In this document: positions 8,230-16,220 of the stretch, one piece after another | How the letters are laid out: each line of letters starts with the position of its first letter | Numbering within the stretch: position 1 is the first letter of the stretch | NCBI GenBank assembly: GCA_003662205.1 | Contig: QMXQ01000001.1 | Coordinates: 1-27,705 of the forward strand | From: Candidatus Bathyarchaeota archaeon | Lineage (GTDB): Archaea > Thermoproteota > Bathyarchaeia > TCS64 | Length of the DNA: 27,705 nt | Direction of reading: 5' to 3' | Position numbers and translations under genes: made by a program | Notes under the pieces: generated by a model | Databases searched by the model: none | Told to the model about the DNA's origin: nothing | Seen by the model: only the letters and a program-made list of their open reading frames with translations

Positions 8230-9468
8230 ATGGTCGAGTGCTGGCTGCCCTACGGGCGGACTGAGGTCCACCTCAGCATCCCCCTCCGAGACCTCCTCGG
8301 GGTGGCGGAGCCCGACCTCGGGCAGCCGGCGCCGAACCCGCACGAGGTGATCAGGGAGGCCCTGCTGAACCCCAGAGGCGCGAGCCCCCTCGGCGACCTC
8401 GTGAAGCCCGGCGTCTCCATCGCCGTCGCCATCGATGGGATCATCACCCCCTACCTGGCGGCTGCCGCCGCATCGTCCATCGTGAAGGAGCTCAGCCTCG
8501 CCGGCGCGTCCAAGGATGACGTCGTCATCGTGGTCGGGAACGGATGCCGGGAGCAGAGCGCCCCGGAGCTGCTGGAGGCGCTCAGGGGCGACAAGACCCT
8601 GAAGGGCGTGAGGGTGGCCGAACACACGCGCGGCTCCGTGAACCTCGTCAATCTGGGAGCCACCTCGAGGAAAACCGAGGTCGAGATCGACGGCCACTTC
8701 GCCGGCGCCGATGTCCGCATCGTCGTCGGAGAGGTGGTCCTCGACGCCTTTGCGGGGTTCAGGGGCGCCCCCAGCACCGTCCTGCCCGCCCTCTCCGGGA
8801 TGAGGACCATAGAGATGAACCGGCGCCACGCCTTCGAGAAGAACGCCGCCCCCGGCGTCATCGAGGGGAACCCGGTTCTGGCTGACGTGCTGGAGTCGGC
8901 GCGCCTAGCAGGCGTCGACCTCGCGGTCAACCTCGTCGAGAACCCCCAGGGGCGGCTCCTGGGGGCTTACGCCGGCGGACTGGATGAAGCGTGGAGACAG
9001 GCGGTCTCCGAGCTGGGCGACTCCTTCAGGGTGAAGGCTGAGGCGAACGCCGACATCGTCGTCGTCAGCGCCGGCGGCATCAAGTTCGACTTCGACCTCT
9101 ACCACGGGGTCTGGGCCCTCCAGGGCGCGTCCCGGATCGCCAAGAAGGGGGCCACCATCATCCTCCTCGCCGAGTGCTCCGAGGGGCTGGGCGCCGACGG
9201 CCTCACGAAGCTCTCCCACATCGACAGGCTCAGCGAGCTGAGGAGGCGGTTCATGCTGGGCGGGGAGGCCGTCCACCTCATCAAGGCGACCCTCCGGAGG
9301 AACGAGGTCGTCCTGGTCTCGGCCCTGCCCACCTACCTCGCGGAGCCCCTCGGCTTCTCCATCGCGAGGACGGCTAACGACGCCCTGAAATCCGTTGTCA
9401 AGAGGCGGCGCGGCAGGCGCACCGTGGTGGTGACGCACGGCTGCTCGACCCTGCCGTTTGTCGCCTAG
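8230..9468 (+). CDS. LarA (lactate racemase, DUF2088) superfamily homologue with degenerate active site
   Basis: Scaffold motifs LPYG, ALLNPRG, LGATSRKT, ADVRIVVG, GNPV, DIVVVSAGG and AECSEGLG are colinear with LarA, but catalytic positions are substituted (see findings). Confidence 0.85.
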   Translation: MVECWLPYGRTEVHLSIPLRDLLGVAEPDLGQPAPNPHEVIREALLNPRGASPLGDLVKPGVSIAVAIDGIITPYLAAAAASSIVKELSLAGASKDDVVIVVGNGCREQSAPELLEALRGDKTLKGVRVAEHTRGSVNLVNLGATSRKTEVEIDGHFAGADVRIVVGEVVLDAFAGFRGAPSTVLPALSGMRTIEMNRRHAFEKNAAPGVIEGNPVLADVLESARLAGVDLAVNLVENPQGRLLGAYAGGLDEAWRQAVSELGDSFRVKAEANADIVVVSAGGIKFDFDLYHGVWALQGASRIAKKGATIILLAECSEGLGADGLTKLSHIDRLSELRRRFMLGGEAVHLIKATLRRNEVVLVSALPTYLAEPLGFSIARTANDALKSVVKRRRGRRTVVVTHGCSTLPFVA

Positions 9469-10631
9469 AACGGGAAGAGGGCGACGAGGGTCAGGACGAT
9501 CATCGCTAGGTAGACCAGGACGAGGAGCTTCCTGGAGGGGCTGAGGGGTGAGATGTCGTCCAGGGGCGCGCCCGTCTCGCCGCCGGTGCGCATCATGAAG
9601 AACGCGAGCATGATGGCCATGATGAAGTAGCCGGAGAGGAGCATGAGGACGATGCCGGCCACGGACATGATCTTGTGGTTCGCCTCGCCCAGCAGCGCCC
9701 GGCTGATGTGGCCGCCGTCCAGCTGCCACGAGGGTATGAGGTTGATGAAGGTGACGATGCAGCCGACCCAGGCGGCGAAGCCGACGGGATGGAGCAGAAG
9801 GGTCATCCCCTCCGGGGTCGGCTTCAGCACCGAGGCGAGGGCGTCGATGAGGAGGGGGAAGGAGATCGACTGAAACCGGACCTCGGGGAACAGGGCCATC
9901 CAGGCCACCACCTCCTCGGCGGGGACGACGAAGGAGAGCTTTAGCCCTATGATCGTCACTAAAACGGTGATGGCGAATCCGACGAGGGGGCCGCTTATGC
10001 CGAGGTCGAAGAGGGCGTCCCGGTTCGTCGGCGGCTCTTTCTGTGTGATGACTGCGCCGAAGGTTCCGCCCATCCCCGGGGGCGCCGGGATGAAGTAGGG
10101 CATGGATGCCTCTATCCCCTCGATGTGAGCCACCACCTTGTGGCCGAGCTCATGGAGCCCGAAGACCCCGAGGATGGCGAGGGTGAACATGAGGGCGTTG
10201 ACGAAGACCGGCGTCCCCGGCATCAGCACGCGCGTGAAGATGGGGTTGTTGCTCCTCAGGAAGCCGTCGAGGAAGACGGTCCCCGCGGTCGCGGCGAAGA
10301 GGAGCACATTCCGCGTATACCGCTGAGGGCTAGGGGGCGGCCTCCGGGTGACCGAGATGTAGTAGCGGTCGATGACCCGTCTCAGCCTCGGGAGGTAGCC
10401 GAGGGGCCGCAGCTCCAGCACGAGCTTTTTGAAGCTGTTCTTCAACAGCTGCCTCTGGTCTCCCACACCCCGGGGCGAGACGATGTACGTCGGCGTGTCC
10501 ATGTCGAAGTACCTGTCCTCGACGTGGAACAGCCCCTCGACGGCGTCCTCAACGGCTGGGTCGAATATGCGGTAGGCGGTCAAAAAGCCCCTTTCAGCCT
10601 CCGGGTCCTCCTGGACTCTATTCTTAAACAC
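9465..10631 (-). CDS. Site-2 protease family (M50) intramembrane metalloprotease
   Basis: HELGH (HExxH), GTFGAVI, ISGPLVG and NLIPSWQLDGG motifs, with a soluble N-terminal domain. It overlaps the converging LarA-like stop by 4 nt. Confidence 0.93.
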   Translation of the reverse strand: MFKNRVQEDPEAERGFLTAYRIFDPAVEDAVEGLFHVEDRYFDMDTPTYIVSPRGVGDQRQLLKNSFKKLVLELRPLGYLPRLRRVIDRYYISVTRRPPPSPQRYTRNVLLFAATAGTVFLDGFLRSNNPIFTRVLMPGTPVFVNALMFTLAILGVFGLHELGHKVVAHIEGIEASMPYFIPAPPGMGGTFGAVITQKEPPTNRDALFDLGISGPLVGFAITVLVTIIGLKLSFVVPAEEVVAWMALFPEVRFQSISFPLLIDALASVLKPTPEGMTLLLHPVGFAAWVGCIVTFINLIPSWQLDGGHISRALLGEANHKIMSVAGIVLMLLSGYFIMAIMLAFFMMRTGGETGAPLDDISPLSPSRKLLVLVYLAMIVLTLVALFPF

Positions 10632-10671
10632 GTCGGAAGGCTAAAAACCTACCTGAGGAGACGCGCGAACG

Positions 10672-10684
10672 CAGTATTTAAATC
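10672..10684. promoter_or_regulatory. AT-rich TATA element shared by the divergent M50 protease and acetyltransferase genes
   Basis: TATTTAAAT at 10675-10683 is about 32 nt from TTG 10716 and about 44 nt from the M50 start. Confidence 0.5.
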
Positions 10685-10715
10685 CCCGATGGAGAGACGT
10701 TAAGGGCGTTAAGGA

Positions 10716-11210
10716 TTGGGCTCCGAGGGTTTCAGGATCAGGGGGTTCAGGTCCGACGATCTGAACCGGGTGATGACGATAAACTTCGAGTGTCTGCCCG
10801 AGAACTACAGCTCCTACTTCTACCGTGACCTGTACCGGCGGTTCCCGAAGACGTTTCTCGTGGCGGAGGTGGACGGCGACGTCCAGGGCTACATCATGTG
10901 CCGTATCGAGCGCGGCCTCTCGAAGCTCCACAGCTTCCGGCCCACCCGCCTGTGCCATGTGGTCTCCATCGCCGTGAGGGAGCCGTACCGGCGGCGGGGC
11001 ATCGCCTCGGCCCTCCTGAGGGAGGCGATGAGGAACGGCAGCGCCGAGTACCGGGCGACGGAGTGCTTCCTCGAGGTGCGGGTGAGCAACGAGCCGGCCA
11101 TCAGGCTCTACGAGAAGCTCGGGTTCTCGAAGGTGAGGCGGAGCCCCGGCTACTACATGGACGGGGAGGACGCGTGGGTGATGGCCGTCCCCATCGTCGA
11201 GAAGGCGTGA
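10716..11210 (+). CDS. Archaeal protein N-terminal acetyltransferase (Ard1/RimI-like GNAT)
   Basis: LPENYS, GYIMCRIE, HVVSIAVREPYRRRGIA (RxxGxA), LEVRVSNEPAIRLYEKLGF and YYMDGEDA. Confidence 0.92.
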   Translation: MGSEGFRIRGFRSDDLNRVMTINFECLPENYSSYFYRDLYRRFPKTFLVAEVDGDVQGYIMCRIERGLSKLHSFRPTRLCHVVSIAVREPYRRRGIASALLREAMRNGSAEYRATECFLEVRVSNEPAIRLYEKLGFSKVRRSPGYYMDGEDAWVMAVPIVEKA

Positions 11211-11278
11211 AATCGGTCTCCGACCGGGGAACAAGTATTTAGGAGAGAGCATGCTTCAGTTTTTAGTGAGGGGCGTCC

Positions 11279-11434
11279 TTGAACTCGGTGACGCTGATGA
11301 CCCTGGGTATCTTCGTCTTCTCGCTGGCCGTATTCTATGTTTTCGCCCGCTTCACGGCCAAGCTGATAAGGCAGCACCGCGACATCTATGGCCTCCTCTA
11401 CGCCTTGGAGGAAGAGGAGAAGAAGCGACGGTAG
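11279..11434 (+). CDS. 51-aa single-pass membrane protein, not in the ORF track
   Basis: TTG...TAG gives MNSVTLMTLGIFVFSLAVFYVFARFTAKLIRQHRDIYGLLYALEEEEKKRR. SD-like GTGAGGGG lies just upstream and a TATTTA element is at ~11236. Confidence 0.7.
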   Translation: MNSVTLMTLGIFVFSLAVFYVFARFTAKLIRQHRDIYGLLYALEEEEKKRR

Positions 11435-11609
11435 CGCTTCGCGGTATCTATTCAGGTCTGAGATGTGATCCTGAGTCATCCGCCTTGTCACGCCGTCTTC
11501 AGACGGTTCTCGGCGCGCTGGGTGAGCGTCCCTATGCCGCTGTGGGGGCTGGTTTTGGTCTCTTGACAATAGATATTTACGCCTCGGCTCTCTATGGGTT
11601 TGGAGGGTC

Positions 11610-12113
11610 ATGGGGGACGCGAGTCTCATCCCTTGGAGCGAGGTTCACTCTTGGGCGTGCACGGCGTGCGGCCGCTGCTGCGTAGGCTACAGGGTCCCCC
11701 TCAAGATGGACGAGTACGTGCGCGTCGCCAGGCGGTACGGCCACGGCGTCGTCGAGTTCGGCCTCGGGAAGGTCTACCTCAAGCACGGCGTCGGCGACCG
11801 GTGCATCTTCCAGCACCCCTCCCAGGGGCGATGGGTGTGCGCGCTCCAGGCGATCAAACCCCTCGCCTGCAAGCTCTTCCCCTTCCGCGTCTACTCCCAG
11901 CCCGTCTACAAACGGGGCGACGGGAGCGAGTACCGGTTCCGCGGCAGAACCTTCTACGTCTACCTCGATCCCAACTGCCCTGGCATCGTGCCCGGGAGGC
12001 CGGGCGAGCGGTTCCTGAACCAGACGCTGCCGGAGATCGTGGAGATCGGCATGGGCCTAAGGTGGAAGCAGAAGTATACCACGTCGAAGTATATCTCGTG
12101 GACGCCGCCGTGA
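11610..12113 (+). CDS. YkgJ/UPF0153 (CxxCxxCC) cysteine-cluster protein, putative Fe-S or Zn binding
   Basis: CTACGRCC, CIF, CALQAIKPLACKLFPF and a final NCPG. GGAGG upstream. Confidence 0.88.
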   Translation: MGDASLIPWSEVHSWACTACGRCCVGYRVPLKMDEYVRVARRYGHGVVEFGLGKVYLKHGVGDRCIFQHPSQGRWVCALQAIKPLACKLFPFRVYSQPVYKRGDGSEYRFRGRTFYVYLDPNCPGIVPGRPGERFLNQTLPEIVEIGMGLRWKQKYTTSKYISWTPP

Positions 12114-12198
12114 AAAAAGGCTGCCGAGCCGCTTCTGGCGTGTGGTATCCGACGCCCCTCTGGGAAGATTTATTTAACCATCCTGTTCACCAAAACTC

Positions 12199-13329
12199 AT
12201 GGGGGCGTCGAAGGCTAACCTTGTTCTCATTTCGGTGATCGTCATCGTCCTTGTGGCGGGCGCCTTTTTCCTCTATGATGCCTTCTATCTCTCCCGGAGT
12301 GAGGAGGCGCCTTCATCGCCTCCCTCAGCTGGCGAAGGTGAGGAAACAGAAGAGGAGGAACCCTCGCCGCCACAGAGTGCTATCATCATCAAGCCGCCGA
12401 ACACAACTATCACGAAGTACAAGGGGTTGTGGCTGCCCTTTTTAGAGGAGGTGAGGGCCTCTTTGGGTGACCTCGATAACATAAAGCTGGACGGTGTAAA
12501 CATAGTTGCAATTGGAGTGAAGATATGTGTGGATGGGAATGTCACCGAATGCGAGAGCGAGGATGAAATTAAGGATGCGATAAGCGAGTTCCACAAGCAT
12601 GGCCTCAAAACGTTTCTACTTTTGAACCCCGCCCACCCCGATTTCGGCGTGGATCCCTATTCAACCGAGGCGACGGGGAAGCCCCTGCTGGACAAGCTCA
12701 CGCCCCTGGTGTTGAAGTGGGCGGAAATCTCTGAGGAGTATGGTGTCGAGGTCTTCGCCCCTGTGAACGAGCCCCAGCTGCTGTCTTACCAGGATGCGGA
12801 CGCCGTCTCTGATTGGGCTCAGGAGCTCCTGCCGAAGCTGAGGAAGGTATATCATGGAAAGGTGGCTTTCAGGGTCCACAAAGACCCTGAGGGTTTCGCG
12901 GTCTATAATCTGACGGGGTACGACCTTCTGGTTTTCTCCGGCATGGCGTGCACGAAGGACATCGAGGAGCATCCTGAGTGGATAGCCCGGCTGATCAACG
13001 AGACGCTCTCTGGCTTGAGGGCGTCTTATCCGGGTTGTAGCTATGTTCTCTTTGACATGGGCGCCTTCACGGGTCCTGACCACTACTGGTGGGAGCCCAT
13101 CGCGCCGGCGAACATGCCGGATTTTATGCCCGAGCTGCCCCCGGATTTCTTCACGGTTTCCAACGAGTCTCAGGCAGAGTTTTACGATCTCTTCTTCAAC
13201 CTGACGTGGAACGATGTCGAGGGCTTCTTCCTCCCCGTTTATAGGGGGTGGGGGTATAGGGGTAAGCCCGCCGAGCAGGTCATCAGGGAGTGGTTCCATG
13301 CCGAAGCTGATGTCAGCGAGGGAAAATGA
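12199..13329 (+). CDS. Membrane-anchored GH113-like (clan GH-A) TIM-barrel glycoside hydrolase homologue
   Basis: N-terminal TM anchor and an S/P/E-rich linker, then NEP (acid/base) in EEYGVEVFAPVNEP, YHGKV and C-terminal GKPAEQVIREWF. GC is lower than in flanking genes. Confidence 0.6.
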   Translation: MGASKANLVLISVIVIVLVAGAFFLYDAFYLSRSEEAPSSPPSAGEGEETEEEEPSPPQSAIIIKPPNTTITKYKGLWLPFLEEVRASLGDLDNIKLDGVNIVAIGVKICVDGNVTECESEDEIKDAISEFHKHGLKTFLLLNPAHPDFGVDPYSTEATGKPLLDKLTPLVLKWAEISEEYGVEVFAPVNEPQLLSYQDADAVSDWAQELLPKLRKVYHGKVAFRVHKDPEGFAVYNLTGYDLLVFSGMACTKDIEEHPEWIARLINETLSGLRASYPGCSYVLFDMGAFTGPDHYWWEPIAPANMPDFMPELPPDFFTVSNESQAEFYDLFFNLTWNDVEGFFLPVYRGWGYRGKPAEQVIREWFHAEADVSEGK

Positions 13330-13413
13330 GGGCGGGGATCGGGAAAGCTGGGCGTCTTGAAACTCGGGAAGTTTCTTAAACTCCCGCATCCGAGAGAACT
13401 AACCGGTGTTCAT

Positions 13414-14436
13414 ATGGGTGAAATCGTCACGGTCGGCGGCTGCAGAGTTGAAGCTGAGGCGCGCGCCTGCGGGTACCTTACTCTCCCCGACTTCTTTGCC
13501 GACGGCCAGTCGGTTGAGATACCGTTCCTCGTTGTTAACGGGGCGAGGCCGGGTCCCCGCCTATACGTGCAGGTGGCCCAGCACGGCTCAGAGGTTCAGG
13601 GCCTGGAGGCCGTCAGGCGCCTGCTGGAGGAGATCGACGAGAAGGAGATGGCCGGCGCCCTCATCTACTGTCTGCCGAATCCCCTCGCCTTCCGGGAGCG
13701 CGTCCGCGCGACCATGTTCGACCCGAGGCCCGGCGGCATGAACCGGGTCTGGCCCGGCGACCCGGCGGGCTCCCCGACGGAGCGCATGGCGTACGCCGTC
13801 TGGACGGAGCTGGTGAAGGGGGCGGACGCCGTCGTTGACCTCCACACGGGGAACCGGCATGCCCCGGTCTGGGTCTTCTACGAGGCTCACGGCGTCTCTG
13901 AGAAGGCGTCGAGGGAGACCGCGGAGCGGTCGGAGGAGATGGCCCGTCTCTTCGGGGCGCCGCTCCTCTACGTGGAGACGGAGCCCTACGGCGGGCGGAA
14001 GACCTTGAGGGCGTGCTGCGTCGATGAGGGGATACCCGCCATCGTACCCGAGCTCGGCGGCGCGGGCTACTTCGACGAGGAGATCGTGGGGCTGGTGGTC
14101 CGCGGGCTCAGGAACATCATGATCGACATGGGCATGATCGACGGCGAGGTCGAGCTGCCTGAGAGGCAGACGGTGCTGAAGTGGACCGCCGACCCCAAGG
14201 CGGCGGGGGTCTTCGCGAACAAGGGCGGCGTCTTCCTCCCCAGCGTCAGGCTCGGCGACATCGTCCGGGAGGGCGAGGAGGTCGGCGTCATCTACAGCCC
14301 CCGCACCTTCCAGGTGGTGGAGAGGCTCGTGGCGCCCCAGGACGGCTACGTCTTCAGCGTGCGCGAGAACCCCGTGGTGAACGCCGGCGACAGGGTCCTG
14401 GCCGTGCCCGAGATCATGAGGGTCCTGGAAAACTAG
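13414..14436 (+). CDS. Succinylglutamate desuccinylase/aspartoacylase family (M14-like) hydrolase
   Basis: QHGSE (HxxE), MNRVWPG, DLHTG and PELGG motifs, plus a C-terminal biotinyl/lipoyl-like domain. Likely ATG is 13414; the ORF is open from 13357. Confidence 0.9.
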   Translation: MGEIVTVGGCRVEAEARACGYLTLPDFFADGQSVEIPFLVVNGARPGPRLYVQVAQHGSEVQGLEAVRRLLEEIDEKEMAGALIYCLPNPLAFRERVRATMFDPRPGGMNRVWPGDPAGSPTERMAYAVWTELVKGADAVVDLHTGNRHAPVWVFYEAHGVSEKASRETAERSEEMARLFGAPLLYVETEPYGGRKTLRACCVDEGIPAIVPELGGAGYFDEEIVGLVVRGLRNIMIDMGMIDGEVELPERQTVLKWTADPKAAGVFANKGGVFLPSVRLGDIVREGEEVGVIYSPRTFQVVERLVAPQDGYVFSVRENPVVNAGDRVLAVPEIMRVLEN

Positions 14437-14450
14437 GGCGAGCCGTGGCT

Positions 14451-14651
14451 TCATCCCCCTTTTATGATGGGGAATATGACCACCCTGTCGCCGGGCTTCA
14501 GCTTGGCGGAGGGCCACAGGCGCCTGTTGTTCACGAGGACGCCTATCGCCCTCATGTCGTAGGCGTAGAGATAGTCCTCGCCGAAGCCCTTTATGAACTC
14601 CCTCAGGGTGGTCGGCTCCTCGACGTGCTTGACCGTCAGATTCGGGTACAT
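14451..14651 (-). CDS. MoaD/ThiS/SAMP ubiquitin-like protein with C-terminal GG
   Basis: TTLREF helix, VLVNNR and LKPGDRVVIFPIIKGG-stop. The true 5' end is uncertain. Confidence 0.85.
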   Translation of the reverse strand: MYPNLTVKHVEEPTTLREFIKGFGEDYLYAYDMRAIGVLVNNRRLWPSAKLKPGDRVVIFPIIKGG

Positions 14652-14718
14652 CCATGGATCAATCTCCGGCTGGAGACTTATGGATTTCGAAACCCGGCTC
14701 GATGTCGATTAGAGTCAT

Positions 14719-14931
14719 CTAGGTTAAAACCATAGTATCCCCCAGTTGTTCAGAGTCCTTCGGGAATGGAACTTTCAGATACTTGACCGTCGGGGACTCG
14801 ACAGATCTAATGCTCGAAGCCGGAAGGAACACGATAAGGATCAGGATCGATGTGAACAGAATTGAACCGTTGGCGCTCTTGATCCCGACTGGGGCGACGA
14901 GCATAGGAACGAGCGATGTCATGTTTGACAA
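14719..14931 (-). pseudogene. Possible remnant of a secreted or membrane protein gene
   Basis: Signal-peptide-like stretch ILFTSILILIVFLPASS. The TAG is followed in frame by 19 more sense codons. GC is intermediate and it sits at the islet edge. Confidence 0.25.
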
Positions 14932-15032
14932 GGTTTATGCTCAGAATTTTTACGGAAGTTAGATATGCTTATGTAAACGATCCGAATCGATAGAAAAATA
15001 TTTTTAAATCGTTTAGGACCGTTCTCTAATTA

Positions 15033-15266
15033 ATGTCTTGTCCTAAATGTGGGAAAAAACTGATCGAAAGTGATTGGTTTTATTCAAATCCTAATCTTTC
15101 AATTAAAATCAAGTTATATACTTGTAATAATGATAATTGTGAATATAAAAATAATCCCTTTGGTAGGGATAGATTAACAGGAGAATTTTTGGAACCAGAA
15201 CAATTAAAATCAGTTTTATTTTCGCATGACTGGGAAAAAATTAAGAGATTAGAGCAATTAGATTGA
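15033..15266 (+). CDS. Small C4 zinc-finger protein (C-x2-C-x24-C-x4-C)
   Basis: MSCPKCG...YTCNNDNCEY. The spacing is close to Ogr/Delta-type and topoisomerase-type zinc ribbons. Confidence 0.7.
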   Translation: MSCPKCGKKLIESDWFYSNPNLSIKIKLYTCNNDNCEYKNNPFGRDRLTGEFLEPEQLKSVLFSHDWEKIKRLEQLD

Positions 15267-15319
15267 TTCTAATAAGATTTCTTACTATATAAAAATTAAA
15301 CATTTAAGGTTAGATCCGA

Positions 15320-16078
15320 TTATATTCTTTGTCTCAAATTCTGAAGTCCCATCTGACAAAATCTTCGAAATCTAATATGAGCATTTGGATCATAAACCCT
15401 GGCCATTTCTATAAAACCCTCTTTGAATTTATCCAGTAAATCATTTCTTTTAGTTGGATCATCAAAGTCCGAAATATAAATGTTAATTGCCTTACACAGA
15501 TCTAAAAATAATTGATGAGGGCTCAGATAAACATTAAATGGTTTTAATCCAACAGGACTGATGTTTAAATGTAAAACATCATCAAATGTTATTGTCCATC
15601 CTATATTTGTGTTTTTCACTTTTATAATCTTAGGCATTTGTGTGTGAACTAAACCATGACGATAAATATAATAAATTAAATCACCATATAATGTATATTC
15701 TCTTTTTACCTGGCCCAAGTAATCCCTCATAAAAAGATAAGCATTTCTTGAGCTATTACTACCTTTATATAATGCGCCCAAAAAGTCAATAACAGGAAAT
15801 ATTATTCTTGGCAAGGCAAAGAAACCAGACCCAGACTTAATATATGAGCAATAGGCCGGTAAAAAATCGTCAATTAAACTCTTTTTTAAATGTTCTTTTA
15901 GATATCTCTTTGCGCCCTTACAAGTAATCTCGTTTTTCCATTCATCAATAGTAGCATACTCTCTAAAATCTCCAGTATTCTGATCATAGCCCCACATTTC
16001 AAAACTGCCTTGAATTCTGGGTGCCATTTTTATAACACCTATTGTATGATGTTTCTCTGAAAATTTAAAGATTCTCAT
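15320..16078 (-). CDS. Putative HEPN-superfamily protein (RxxxxH ribonuclease motif)
   Basis: RHGLVH at 15644-15661, preceded by helical segments (LPRIIFPVIDFLGALY, FMRDYL, LIYYIY). An alternative start is ATG 16027. Confidence 0.6.
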   Translation of the reverse strand: MRIFKFSEKHHTIGVIKMAPRIQGSFEMWGYDQNTGDFREYATIDEWKNEITCKGAKRYLKEHLKKSLIDDFLPAYCSYIKSGSGFFALPRIIFPVIDFLGALYKGSNSSRNAYLFMRDYLGQVKREYTLYGDLIYYIYRHGLVHTQMPKIIKVKNTNIGWTITFDDVLHLNISPVGLKPFNVYLSPHQLFLDLCKAINIYISDFDDPTKRNDLLDKFKEGFIEMARVYDPNAHIRFRRFCQMGLQNLRQRI

Positions 16079-16220
16079 TCACCTGAACAAAGAGACACCA
16101 AGATCGAATATATCCAAAAATAGTCGGGCGGTGTGGAAAATTTTTAAAACCAGTCAATCGTTATTTTTTACAGAAAATAAGGAGTAAGGGTCTATATGAG
16201 AGTTGAAATGGGTGTGATCT

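Noticed and set aside
11435-11609. Possible C/D-box sRNA (CTGA boxes, GGATGA, CCGTC-TTCA-GACGG hairpin)
   Set aside because: There is no RTGATGA C box at the right spacing on either strand.
11153-11685. Track ORFs 11153-11629 (-) and 11251-11685 (+)
   Set aside because: They overlap real genes and have no recognisable features. The 51-aa ORF at 11279-11434 explains the region better.
14680-14700. GGGTTTCGAAATCC on the minus strand, resembling a tRNA T-arm and hence a possible attR
   Set aside because: It does not match the tRNA-Gln 3' end (GAGAGTTCGAATCTCTCCCGGGCT). No duplicate of that tRNA end exists in the window, so tRNA-targeted integration is unsupported.
14958-14978. TTAGATATGCTTATGTAAA resembles the two arms of a dif/Xer site at the islet edge
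   Set aside because: The 6-bp spacer and inner AA of the left arm are missing, so the 28-bp geometry is not met.
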